This document shows positions 26,030-38,535 of a DNA stretch of 64,000 nucleotides, one piece after another. Within the stretch, counting starts at the first letter, position 1. Every line of letters begins with the position of its first letter. The stretch is taken from assembly GCF_006345805.1 (NCBI RefSeq), contig NC_043005.1, positions 43,090,001-43,154,000 on the forward strand, in the 5' to 3' direction. The notes under the pieces were generated by a model. The model saw only the letters and a list, made by a program, of their open reading frames with translations. It searched no databases and was not told the origin of the DNA. Source of the stretch: Octopus sinensis (lineage: Eukaryota). Position numbers and translations under genes: made by a program.

Positions 26030-27571
26030 TATATATATATACATACATACATACATACATACAAACACACACACAGGTAGGTGAATAACCAGTGCATTTA
26101 GTGGGGGTTATGCGTGTATTATCAGAGGCTTCAACTTCACTTTGCTGACCATTTTGAGTGTGTAGGAAACCAGCTCATCATCCCTTGTTCCAACTCTGAT
26201 TCTCTACATGTGAGGGCATGGACATGTTGCCAACACATGGTGTCAGAATATGGACCTTTGACAACGTGCACATGCCTTATGCCCTATGCCCAGGGAGCAT
26301 TAAGTAATTTCTAACTGTCATTGAGCATATTTAAATATATATATATATGTGTATATGTACATGTCTGTATATATGTATGTACAGTTACACATACATACAC
26401 AGTTATAAATGCATATATATGCATATAAATATTTATATATTTTAATGCTTATATCCACACTTAAGACGTTATATATATATATATATATAAATATATATAT
26501 ATTATATATATGTATAGTATGTAGTATAGACATCTTTATACTGGTCTGTGTGTTTATGTATGCATAAGTGTATATATATGTCTATATGCTTTCCTGCATA
26601 TATATATATAATACAGATGTGTGTGTATATATATACATATATATACACACATATATATATATATAGATATATACACACATATATACACACACATATATAG
26701 ACAGATATATAAATATATTTAGATAGATATATGTGATGCTAATGTATATATCTATGTATGTGTATATAATTGTATGTACATATACATATGTGTATGTATC
26801 CATATATGTATTTGCGTGTGTGCTTCTATATGTATATATATATTTACACACACCACACACATACACACACACACGTAGAAATACACAAATATACATGCAT
26901 ACATATTTGTAACCATTACTGGCTATTTCTTTCTGCATGTGTGTCTGTGTGTGTGTGTTTGTTTACATTTTGTGGTTCAGACATATTCTGTACAAGCACA
27001 AAAGCAGAAAACAGAATCGTTTTTCCTGATATTATCAATGAATTTCCTCCCGTCTTTGCACCTTCAAAGATGTCTGAGCAAAAAAAAAAAAAATAAATAA
27101 ATAAATAAATAATACAAAAAAAAGGATCCCTTAGCAAATGAGGCTGGGTGACTGAGTGGGCATGAGTGTGCATTATCAATATATATATATATATATATAT
27201 ATACACGTATAATACTATACAAACTATATAATGCATGATAATACGGGAAACAATGTAAGCATGAGTACATTTCTACACATGCACACGCGATACAGAATTA
27301 TGGGAGAGATGCCAAAACAAATGGATGCTTTCTTTACAAACACAAACACACAAACACTAGCCATACCTATATATGTATATATTTGTGTGTGTGTGCTGTG
27401 TCACACAAGTTTTATGCATGTATAAAGAATACAAATGTAGCACACAACAGGTATCTTAGACTCCTTGTATCTTGTTTTGTCTTCAGAGAATTTTAGTAAC
27501 CACCAATCCTTATTCTTTTGATTTATATATATCATCATCATCAGCAAACATCCGTTGTCCGCTGCTGGTTT

Positions 27572-27603
<32 letters not shown>

Positions 27604-27730
27604 ATTATATATATATATATATTTTGTATATATGATATAGATATATACGTGTGTATATGTATGTATATTTTAATGTGTATATCCATATGCATTATATATG
27701 TATATATATATGAATATATATATATATATG

Positions 27731-27782
<52 letters not shown>

Positions 27783-28599
27783 CATGTATATATGCATATA
27801 AATGTGCACACATATATGTATGCATATAAATATATATGTGTGTGTATATATATATGATTGTTCATATGCATGTGTATTTATATTTCAGTCTCTACACACG
27901 CAATGACACACATACACACACATGTATGCAGGCATGGCTGTTTTGTAAAGAAGCATGCTTCACAGCCACATGGTTCAGGGTTCAGGTCTATCTCTTGGCA
28001 CTTTAAGCCCCAGTCCTATATAAATATATCTATATGTGTGTGTGTGTGTGTTTGTGAGTGTGAGTTGGTGACACCCTATCTTGACATTGTTTGACGGTTG
28101 TGGACAAAGGTCATTCTCACACAGCATGTCTACCATGGGGAAATTTTACCTTACTTGGTAACAGCTGAATCTTGGTGACAAGAATGGCATTAGAGCCTTA
28201 GAACATCGACTTTGACTAATTCCATCTGACTCATATAAGCAAGATAATATGGATGTGAAAAAAAATTGGTGTGTGTGTGCGTGTGTGTACTAGTTTGATA
28301 GTATTGCTGTGTGAGTGCAAAGTTCTTTTCCCAATCATATGGTTTCTGGTTCAGTCCCACTGTATGGATGTTGAGACTTATTTCTCCTACGGGACCCACA
28401 GTCTGACCAAAGGATTGTGAGAGAATCTTGTAGGTACAAGCTGAAAGTAGCCCCTACTAGTGTGTGTGTGTTTGCACGTATTTATATATATATATATATA
28501 TACATACATATGTACACATATACTGATACATCTTTACATATATATATACGCACTTATATATATATTTATACATCTACACATATATATACATATATATAT

Positions 28600-29330
28600 C
28601 TTTTATCTTGTACTTGTTTTAATCCTTAGGCTGTGGTCATGCTGGGGCATAGCACTGAAGAATTTTAGCTAAATGCAACAACCCCAGTTGTACTTTTTTT
28701 TAAAGTCTAGTATTTATTCTGCTGGTTACTTTTGCTGAATTGCTAAGTAATGGGGATGTGTAGAAACACCTGTTGTCAAGCAGTGGTGGGTGACAAACAC
28801 AGACACAGGCACACAGGGTAGGTTCCTAGCATTTTCAAATTTATAAATTATCGAATTATTGTGCTGAGGATGGGAATGAATTTGTATAATTCTAACCCAG
28901 AAACGCGTCCACAATTAATCGAAGACTGTTTTGCCTATGTGAGTTACAAATATTGTTATCTGTAGAGTAATATCTGTAGTAAAAAGGAATAAGCCGTCTT
29001 TGGCTGTTATTTCTAAATTTTTGGTTTGTGGTGAAGCAACTTGTTGCTTAACCTTCAATTATATATATATATATATATATATTATATTATATATATATTA
29101 TATACACATACACACAAGACATATATATATACACATACACACACAGACATATACACACACACACATATATACTCAGACAAACAATGGGTCTCTTCAGTTG
29201 TCTGCCAAATCCACTCACAAGACTTTGGTCGACCTGAGGCTATAGTAGAAGACACTTGCCCAAAGTGCCATGCAGTGGGGCTGAACCCAGGACGACATAG
29301 TCAGGAAGTAAACTGCTTACCACACAACCA
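28600..29330 (-). mobile_element. SINE family A split by an insertion in its internal microsatellite
   Basis: Tail and core at 28600-28810, head at about 29175-29330, with foreign sequence at 28817-29060 between them. Confidence 0.7.
28851..28922 (+). ncRNA. Type I hammerhead ribozyme, minimal (Penelope-like) form
   Basis: Stem I attgtg (28858-28863) / cacaat (28910-28915), extended by tcga/tcga; core CTGAGGA at 28864-28870; stem II tggg/ccca; GAAA at 28900-28903; stem III C-gc-G (palindromic ACGCGT); cleavage triplet GTC at 28907-28909. Confidence 0.8.
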
Positions 29331-29949
29331 CAGAGAAAGAGAGACAGACAGAGAGACACAGACAGAGAAGGAGAGAGTGGTATATACATATATAAATATG
29401 TATTTGTGTGTTCGTATGTATGCATGTACACATATATACCCATATAATGTATATGTTTGTATGTCTCTGTTTGTCTGTATTTGGGCTTTAGAAATATTAC
29501 TAACTGGAAGCAGTGTTGTTGTTGTTTATCCTGTCAACAAATTGTTTACTTACTGTATCCAAGCAAAGATGTGTGAAAACTGAGATCCTTTGTAATTCAG
29601 TTGAGGTTTACAGGAAGGGCATTAACATACCTCATGAATATGTACATATAACCCCTGGTTGTATAGGGAAAAGGACATAAGAAGAACCAAATACATATTT
29701 ACACATGTATGTATCATCATTTATAATTTAATGTCCATTTTCAATGTTGAAAAGAAACAAATGGGTATATATTTACACACACGTGTGTGTTTGTGTTTTG
29801 TGTAGTGTTTTGCCAGAAAATCATTGTGAAGGCAAGAGAACAAAATTTGTATGCAATAAGTATGGTAGTTCTATGAGCTATTTCTTGTCTCCTGAAGAAT
29901 TCGCTATTACTCTGAGCCTTTCATTTAAATGTGTGTGTGTATATATATC

Positions 29950-30330
29950 ATCATCATCATCACGTTTAGCATCCGTTTTCCATGCTAGCATGGTTGGATG
30001 GTTTCAACTGGGGTCTGTGAAGCCGGAAGGCTTCTCAGGCCTAGTCAGATCTGGCAGTGTTTATTGCTGGCTGCCTTCCTAACGCCAACCACTCCGTGAG
30101 TGTAATGGGTGTTTTTACGTGCCACCCGCAAAGGTGCCAGACAGAGCGGCAAAACGGCCACGAACGGATGTACTTTTTATGTGCCACTGGCACGGGGCCA
30201 GGCGAGGCTGGCAATGAACACAAACGGATGGGCTTTTTACGTGCCACCAGCACGAGGCCAGGCGGGGGGGTGCTGCAACGGTCACGAAGGATGATTCTGT
30301 TACATGCCAACGGCACTGGTAACACATCTG
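29950..30330 (-). mobile_element. RTE-tail-type repeat with about three internal ~60-bp tandem units
   Basis: Starts with (CAT)n-gtttagcatccgttttccatgctagcatg. Units beginning tttta(c/t)gtgccac start at 30113, 30175 and 30235. Confidence 0.7.
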
Positions 30331-30389
30331 CAATTTCCATTGATCGATTTCAACAGGTCTTCACAAGTAGAGGTCTTCACGCATGTGAT

Positions 30390-30780
30390 AGAAATTGACT
30401 TCAAAATGCATGGTGGTGTTCAGTATTGACAAGACTGTTATTACTTGGATAATGTAACAGAAAGAGGACAGTGAAAATATTTCACAATGTTGAGTATTCG
30501 GCTTTTCAATTTAGCTGCTTGTGAGGCTTAAGATGAAAGGAGGATAAAAGCAAAAGGCATGTCAGCAGAGTATTATATCCACATATTTGAGCAATTGGTT
30601 GCAGCTGATGGGGAACACATCAGAAAATGTGCGCTTGCATTTGTAGAATGGCATTAGTAATAGATAGAAACGATGTGAAGTGGGAGAATGAAAGAGAAAT
30701 AGAAAGATGTGCATAAGGGTGAGATGGAAAGCTGAAGGATAAGGGGTATTCCTGAACTAAAAGTGAGTGAAGGAGTATGT
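30390..30780 (-). mobile_element. Possible very old LINE RT remnant
   Basis: Weak minus-strand echoes in the expected order (FSSGIP, LSITNAI, YVDI, NSLVN). Heavily decayed and not conclusive. Confidence 0.25.
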
Positions 30781-31717
30781 GGAAATATGTTTATTTAACC
30801 TTTAACACATTGCATTTTCTCTAGAATTGTTTCACCCCTGCCACTGCCCTGGGAGAAATCTTATATGGTGACATGATGCACCTACAAGGGAGAAATCTTA
30901 TATGGTGACATGATGCACTTACAGTGTGCTAAAGGTTAAACTTGTGTGAAGTGGATGGTTTGACAGGATTCAACAGGTTTGAAGACTGTATCATGTCCTT
31001 ATATCTTCTTTGGCATGGTTTCTGCAGCTGGATCTCCTTCCTAATGCCATCCACTTCACACCATATAGTGAGTATTTTTTTCTTGTGGTACCGCGCTGGT
31101 GAGGTTACCATTCAGCTTGCAATATTACCATAGCGCCTTTGACAGAAGAGAGGGAGGTGGCTTTATACAGTGGGAAGCAGAGCTGAAGAGAGAGAGAGAG
31201 AGCAGTGGCCAGAACAGAACAAGTTTTTCGCTGTAGGGGAGCTACACAGCTAATCACATTACAGAAGAGAAAGTTGGAGTGGTCAGAGGGAACTGGAGAG
31301 AGAGAGAAAGAAAAATAGAGGTGATGAGGTATCAGGGCAAACATACATACATATACATGCATACATACATGTATTTGGTTGATGAGAGAGACGGAAGATA
31401 GAACGTACGAGAATTTTTATTAATCTCTACAATTATTTCACCCCATCTAGCACTGATCCCTCATGGGTAGGATACTTACCATATGTACACCGATGGATGC
31501 TACTAAACCAGTTGTTAAGTATCCCACCCATGAGGGATCGATGCTAGATGGGGCACAACAATTGTTGCGATTAATATAAATTCTCATATCTTCCATCTTC
31601 TGTCTCTCTCATCAACCAAATATACAATGAACACTGTGAAAGTGCATGTGCTTTACCAGTAATCTACCATGTATACACTGTGTTTTATTATCTAATATAT
31701 ATATATATATATATATA

Positions 31718-32125
31718 TCTGCAGTTGTGGCTGTCTGGTAAGAAGTTTGCTTCCCAACCATGTGATTTTGGTTTCAGTCCCACTGCGCAGCACTTTGAGC
31801 AAATGTATTTTACTGTTGCTTCAGGCCAACCAAAGCTTAGTGAGTGGATTTGTTTGATGAAACTGAAAGAAACCTGTAATGTATATGTGTGTGTGTGTGT
31901 CTGTCTGTCTGTCTTTGTCTTACACTACTGCTTGACAACCAATGTTGGTGTATTTAAAACGCCTGTAACTTAGCATATCAGCAAAAGAAACCAATAGAAC
32001 AAGTACCAAATTACTAAGTAAAAAAAAAAAAAAGTCCTGAGTTGATTCATTTGACAAAATTCTTCAAGGCAGCATTCCAGCATGGCTGCAGTCTAGTGAT
32101 TGAAAGAAGTATAAGATAAAAGATG
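31718..32125 (+). mobile_element. SINE family A, full length
   Basis: Standard head, TG repeat, core and tail. Confidence 0.85.
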
Positions 32126-32695
32126 AAAAACATGCATATACCTTCATCGTTTTACATCTGTTTTACAGCTTTGAGCTGTAAAACAGATGTAATGTTTTTT
32201 TTTTAATGGTAAACACTAGTCCTGTAGACTGAGTTTGCTCTCTCAAGTGGTTGTCCTTATTATTGACTACTTTACATACTTACACGGTGCTTTTTCTTGT
32301 GGTACTTATCTTCAGAGATATTGGATAGTACTTCGGGTGGTACAGAATAAGATGGTCTTATGCTTGTATACTTTGTCTGTATGTTTGCGAACCACTTTGC
32401 AGTTTGAACCAGGTGTATATTTTTTTGATACCAGCACTAGAGATGTGTTCTCACAGACCCACATGTAGAGTGAGCAGGGAGAATTTGTGGTAGTCTGTCA
32501 TAGAATGAGAATGGTAAGTAGAGGATGGCTTCTACTAAGTAACTCTCAGTGTAAAGAGTTCTCAGTAAGCCAAGAGGTTTTGTACACACACATACATACA
32601 TACATACATGTATATATATATATCTCTATATAGATATATACCTCTATATATACACATATCTCTATATAGATATATACCTTTATATATACACAGTA

Positions 32696-32726
<31 letters not shown>

Positions 32727-33812
32727 TATATATATATATATACACATATATGTGCATATACACACATATATCTATATACATACATATATATATGCATATG
32801 TCTAATATATATATATACATGAATATATATACCCACATATCTAAATATACACATGTACGTGTATATGTATATGTGTGTGTATATATAATGAGCAAATAGA
32901 AATAATGAATGGCCAGTAGCATGTGTTTAAACAACAGATAAATACAGGTATATCAAATACTATACAACACAGAGTCTTGATTTATTAAAATTATCTCTGC
33001 TTTGAGAGGGCATGTCATAATTTTCAAATGGCAATGTAGACCAATTCATCTTGAGAAGGGAAGACAATCCAAAGGATCAAAAAATCTTCCAAAGTTTGCA
33101 TGGCATTGAGAAAAGGTCAGGCTTATTGTAAGTAGATAAGAAGACATTGGAGGGGGGGGGGCACTTGTTTCAGGCTCAGTAGCCGTCGTCAGCACAGCAG
33201 TTGTCCAACCTTATCTCCATGTTGCTTAGGGACTTTGACTTGTACAACAATACAAAACAAACAGAACACATTAATGGCTAAGGTAATATAAATAATTTAA
33301 ATAAAAACAAGCTAAGAGAAATAACTCAGAAGTGGCCAATGTCACACACACACGCACACACACACACACACACCACACACACACACATACACACATCAAT
33401 TTTCTTCTTGTCTTGCATCCTTCTTTATCTTTTGCTTTTGATTTTGTTTTCAAGAGCTTCAGTTTAATCTTGCTTAAAGAGTTCATGAGTAGCCTCTGAA
33501 ATTTTGAAGGAAGACCATTTTCACACTTTTTCAGTGATTCTCGCCAGCACTTAAAAGCTGACCATTAAAAAGCTGCCTTAGATTTTTGATCATTTTGCAT
33601 GTAAACCACATGGTCACAGTAGCTAAGAGGTCCACTCGTTAGTAATAGCAACGTACCACTGGTTTTACAAAGCAGAACTTCTGTATTCGGTGTTATGTCC
33701 TGCAAAAATGGAAGCTGTCATATTGTTTTAATATAAAATCCATAATTCTGCACCAGTGTAGTAAAAAAACTAGTATGCATACTAGAGTGTTTGAATATAT
33801 TGAGATGTATTA

Positions 33813-34007
33813 GGTGCAGGCATGGCTGTGTGGTAAGAAGCTTGCATCCCAGCTACATGGTTCCAGGTTCAGTCCCACTGCGTGGAACCTTGGGCAAGTG
33901 TTTTCTACTATAGCTTCGGGCCGACCAAATCCTTGTGAGTTGATATGGTAGACGGAATCTGAAAGACGCCTGTCGTATACATACATATATCACAGCTGCG
34001 TTTAACT

Positions 34008-34065
<58 letters not shown>

Positions 34066-34390
34066 TCACACAAATCAAACGTGTAGAAACGACGTACTCC
34101 GAAGGAATTTAAAAGTCACGTAACCCAAGTGTAGAATAAGAAAATCCATAAATCAGGTACTCCAAATCTGTCGGAATGACATATACGGTATGTGTGCGTG
34201 CACGCGCGTTTGCGTTTGTCCCGCATCACTGCTTAACAACCGTAAATTAGCGGTTCAACAAAAGAAATCGATAGAATAAGTACCAGACTTGGGAAAAAAA
34301 AAAGTATTACGGTCGATTCATTCGACTAAAAATTCTTCAGGTCGGTGCACCAGCATGGCCGCAGTAACAAGTAAGAAGTAAAAGACAAAA
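33813..34390 (+). mobile_element. SINE family A with expanded (TA)n and a ~130-bp foreign segment in its middle
   Basis: Head at 33813-33980, core and tail at 34200-34390. Confidence 0.75.
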
Positions 34391-34419
34391 AATAAATGTC
34401 TGAATCACTCCAAAGTGAA

Positions 34420-34690
34420 TTTGTCAGGAACTTGCTTTTCCATATCTGTAGAAGACATCAAGATGTATTGTTTGCTGAACGCGATGCTACCTAAATAGGA
34501 CAAATTCTCCATCTCTTGTAGCACATTCCCATCAATAGCGATTTGGAGGATAACTCAGGAAGCGTATTAGTCCATATCAAGGATTAGTACCTTAGTCCAG
34601 TTTCTCTATATTATTTGGAAGCCCAAAGTTCATTGTAGCAGCCAAGAAGCAACTTGTAGTTCTTTGAATACCGTTCAAACTATGCATGTG
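34420..34690 (-). mobile_element. Decayed RTE-like LINE fragment (C-terminal RT region)
   Basis: Minus-strand translation gives SLNGIQRTTSCFLAATMNFGLPNNIEK (cf. ..LQ....F..A...FGL.IN..KT) followed by IAIDGNVLQEMENLSYLGSI (cf. I.I.G..LE.V..F.YLGS). Confidence 0.7.
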
Positions 34691-34804
34691 GAGATTCACA
34701 AAGACACACACATATACACACATGGATATATACATATATATATAGATATATAAACACATGTACATACATAAGTATATACATATATATATATGCACATTTG
34801 TATG

Positions 34805-35001
34805 TTAAACTCTTCAACCATTAGACTATACCCATGCTGGGGCACCGCCTTGAATTTTTAGTCAAATGACTCGACCCCAATACTTCATTTTTTCGTTAAA
34901 TCTGGTATTCATTATATTAATCCATTTTGCTAAGTTTCGGGGACGTGATCACACCAACACAAATTGTCAAGCAGTAGTGGAGGGGACAAGCACAGGCATA
35001 A

Positions 35002-35033
<32 letters not shown>

Positions 35034-35490
35034 GGAGGACCAGTGGTTAGGGTTGTGGACTCGCGGTTTCGATTCCCAGATCGGGCGTTGTGTGAGTTTA
35101 TTGAGCGAAAACGCCCAAAGTTCCACGAGGCTCCGGCAGGGGTGGGGGTGGGGTGACCCCCTGTTGTACCCTTTCGCCCCAACTTTCTCTCACTCTTTCT
35201 TCCTGTTTCTTGAGTAACGCTGCGATGGACTGGCGTCCCATCCAGCTGGTGGGGAACACATGCGCCATAGAAACCGAGAAACCGGGCCCATGAGCTTGGC
35301 TAGGCTTGAAAAGGGCGCATAAATAAATAAATAAATAAATATACACACACACAAACATACAACGGACTTCTTTCAGTTCCCGTGTATCAAATCCACTCAC
35401 AAGGCTTTCGCTGGTCGGGCTATAGGAGAAAACCGAATCCAGAACCATGTGCTTGGGAAGCAAACTCATCACACAGCCACGTCTGCGCCT
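34805..35490 (-). mobile_element. SINE family A split by a nested plus-strand SINE
   Basis: Tail and core at 34805-35000, head at 35360-35490. Confidence 0.7.
35034..35340 (+). mobile_element. SINE with a family D head but a different 3' half and a (TAAA)n tail
   Basis: The head matches 21844. The 3' half contains ctgcgatggactggcgtcccatccag, which is absent from the other two D copies. Confidence 0.75.
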
Positions 35491-35953
35491 CTATATAGTC
35501 CATAAACGTTTACATTTGTGTATACATTCAAATATGTATATAATGTATACACCACTATAGCTATGCATACACACACGCGCGAGTCCTTTATTGTAAGAAA
35601 GCATTACTTAGTGTCACTGTGTACCATCTTTTCCCTAATGGTTTTAGATGTCCATGTGGTCAGAAGACAACACTGACAACCTTTCGACCTTCTCATCTTT
35701 GAACCGACGAGACATCAACGAGGTGACAGTAGAGAGCTGCACCAGTGCTTGCCTGTTACCCTTTTTTTTTTGACTTCAAAAGAATAAACAGAAAAAAGTT
35801 GACCGAAGCAGGAACTTGAACTTCTGTATATTCAGGCTTCACAGTTATCGCAACACGTTTTACGATGTGCTAATGGCTTTGCTAATATATATATGTGTGT
35901 GTGTGTGTGTGTAATATACACATTCTTGTATGTATTTATATATATGTATAAAG

Positions 35954-36146
35954 AAGGCGGCGAGCTGGCAGAAACGTTAGCACGCCGGGCGAAATGCGTC
36001 GCCGTATTTCGTCTGCCGTTACGTTCTGAGTTCAAATTCCGCCGAGGTTGACTTTGCCTTTTATCCTTTCGGGGTCGATGTAATCGATTAATCCGTTTGT
36101 CTGTTCTTGTTTGTCCCTTCTATGTTTAGCCCCTTGTGGGTAATAA

Positions 36147-36147
<1 letters not shown>
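35954..36147 (+). mobile_element. SINE family B with an internal deletion
   Basis: Matches 23210-23440 but lacks the ..aaattaagtaccag..gggtcgat segment. Confidence 0.85.
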
Positions 36148-36179
<32 letters not shown>

Positions 36180-36214
36180 GAGATATAAGATGTGTGTGTT
36201 TGTATGTATGTGTG

Positions 36215-36253
<39 letters not shown>

Positions 36254-36292
36254 CATTGTATATATATGAGTGTGTGTGTATGTGTATTTAGG

Positions 36293-36790
36293 CAGCTGGC
36301 TGGTTGAATCTTTAGAACTTATAGAACGAATAAACCAGAAACTATGATGGTCCTCTGGACATTTGTCCACAGCCGCTTAGGCTACTGTCCCCAACTATGG
36401 TCACACACAGTGTTAAATTAACGGTCAGACTCGAAGTTACAGAAAGAAGATCGTCTCAATGCAACTGCTCGGCTCTGGGAAGAGGGAAAAGCTGAAAAAT
36501 CTTAGACTCTACTCCCTAGAAAAATGGCGGGAAAGCTATGCAGTGATAGACATCTAGAAAATCATAGAGGGACTTGTACCAAACTTTTGTCATTGAAAGG
36601 TACACAAGCTTCATAACAGGGTGCCACTGAATATACCAAAGATCCCAGCATCACTATCAAGATACATAAACAGATTCTGCAACAGCTTGGGTTTTAAAGG
36701 GTCACAGCTCTTCCATATCCTCCCCAAAGGTATGAGAGATGTACATGGCGTTGATGTGGGTGTCTTCAAAACAAAACTGGATCTCCGCCT
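36293..36790 (+). mobile_element. Decayed CR1-like LINE ORF2 3' fragment
   Basis: Translations ETMMVLWTFVHSRLGYCPQLWS, LKNLRLYSLE and IPKIPASLSRYINRFCNSLGFKGSQLFHILPKGMRDVHGVDVGVFKTKLD (ORF 36621-36881) fit the post-RT C-terminus of CR1-clade ORF2. Frameshifted. Confidence 0.8.
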
Positions 36791-36814
36791 GTATATATAT
36801 ATATGTGCGTGTGT

Positions 36815-36975
36815 TGTGGGCTTCTTTCAGTTTCCGTCAACCAAATCAATTTACAAGGCTTTGGTATGTCAGAGACTATAGTAGAAAACACTTGGCCGAG
36901 GGTCCCACGCAGTGGGATTGAACCCAGAACCATTTGTTTGGAAGGCAAAATTCTTACCATATAGCCATTCCTGCT
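36815..36975 (-). mobile_element. SINE family A head
   Basis: Reverse complement of the family A head. Confidence 0.75.
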
Positions 36976-37475
36976 CACACACGCACATACACACGTGTGC
37001 GCGCGCATGTCTGCGTGAGTGTGTGTGGTGGTGGTGGTGGGGTGTGTGCATGTGTGCATCTTATTTCACCAACTCACCACAATCCATCGTTTATCTCGTA
37101 TGCTAGTTTCTCTTTCACTGTCCTCTTCCTATACCTCCCCTACCGCCATCTCAGTATCTTTTCCCCTCTCCCTCTCTGCCCTTCCGTCATGACCTCCCAC
37201 ATACACACCCGTATAATGGAGGATAGCCCGAGACAACGCATAACACAACCCAACGAGTCACCTTTACCATTCTGACCTCGACCTTTGACACTAATCGCGT
37301 CCTTTACTCTTGTCCCTTTCATACTCCCTCATCTAATAGCAGGTTCTCTGTTCCTCTCTCCACTACCGCCCTCTCTCAAAACTGTATATATATATATTTA
37401 TTCTTTATCATGTAGTAACCCCTCATTATTTTGCTCTGAATCATAACAGCTTCTCTCCTGTCCTCCTTCAATTAT

Positions 37476-37795
37476 CAGTGGTTTTCAGCCGGGGTCAATA
37501 TGGCCTCTGAGGGCCCATATAAGATTTTTGGAGGTCCACAAAACAAAATAGAAAATTGGAAATCTACAATAGTATTTTAAGGGCCTCTGAAAACATTTTT
37601 ACTTCAGATTTATGTATTGCAAGAATTTCTTTCTCTAACATTGTACGACGTTCGGCCTGCACTAGTTAATGTGAGAAAAACCAAAATAGGAATTTTGAAA
37701 GAAAATTATATAAAACAACGAATAGCCATGGGGGTCCACCAGAATAAAATAATAATCAAAGGGATCCAGGGATAGAAAGTGGTTAAGAACCCCTG
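37476..37795 (+). mobile_element. hAT-like MITE (320 bp)
   Basis: Ends CAGTGGTTTTCA and TAAGAACCCCTG are imperfect TIRs. The TSD is not preserved (tcaattat versus ctttagat). Confidence 0.65.
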
Positions 37796-37849
37796 CTTTA
37801 GATGCCTTATTCTTGCAAATTGCTGGCGACACGAAAGAGGGCCACTAGT

Positions 37850-38178
37850 GCACTCTGTGTAGTGGTTGGGACCGGAAAAGGTGTTCGGCTCTAGATCGTA
37901 AGGTCGTGAATTCGATTCCCGGCGACGAGTTGTGTCCTTGAGCAAGACACTTTATTTCACGTTGCTCCAGTCCACTCAGCTGACAAAAATAAGTAGTACC
38001 TGAATTTTTTAAAAGCCAGCCTTCTCACATTCTGTGTCACGCTGAATCTCCCATAGAACTATGTTAAGGGCACATGTGTCTGTGGAGTGCTCAGCCATTT
38101 GCACCTTAATTTCACGAGCAGGCTGTTCAGTTAATCGGATCAACTGGAAGCTTCGTCATCGTAACCGACGGAGTGCCA
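37850..38178 (+). mobile_element. tRNA-derived SINE family E (ends cgtaaccgacggagtgcca)
   Basis: B-box-like GAATTCGATTCCC, then ttgtgtccttgagcaagacactttatttcacgttgctccagtccactcagctg. A 3' fragment of the same family lies at 38400-38548. Confidence 0.8.
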
Positions 38179-38465
38179 CATATATATATATACTCATGTG
38201 TATATACATACTTATAGGCGCCGTTCGTGCACGCACACACATACACGCAAACTCACACACTTGATCGTTTTCCGACAGCTTATGAAGACAGTGCCAGTGT
38301 AACTAAAGTCGAAACCAAATGGTTATGAAGCAAATTTCTTTACCCTATCACCTTTCTCTCTCTCTCTCACACGCACACGCTAAAATATAAGTATATAACT
38401 TAATTTCACGAGCTGGTTCATCCGTTGATCAGATGAACTGGGATCCCTTGTCGTAACCGACGGAG

Positions 38466-38535
38466 CAGTGGCGGCTCGTGTATAGGAACTGCAGCACCCC
38501 TTATTTCCACTAATTTTATCTACGAGCTGCCACTG
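38466..38535. mobile_element. 70-bp hAT-type mini-MITE with 14-bp TIRs and an 8-bp TSD
   Basis: TIRs CAGTGGCGGCTCGT (38466-38479) and ACGAGCTGCCACTG (38522-38535), one mismatch. TSD cgacggag at 38458-38465 and 38536-38543. Confidence 0.9.

Noticed and set aside
30851-30924. 37-bp direct tandem duplication
   Set aside because: A real but ordinary local slippage duplication.
32284-32494. 211-nt minus-strand exon candidate with a strong gtaagt donor
   Set aside because: All three frames contain a stop unless a one-base error is assumed in the A7 run.
35648-35722. 75-nt plus-strand exon candidate (MSMWSEDNTDNLSTFSSLNRRDINE)
   Set aside because: Weak donor (gtgaca) and no supporting neighbours or homology.
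38270-38330. ATGAAGA..GAAA-ccaaatgg-TTA hammerhead-like string
   Set aside because: The core is mutated, stem II is unconvincing and the cleavage triplet is non-canonical.
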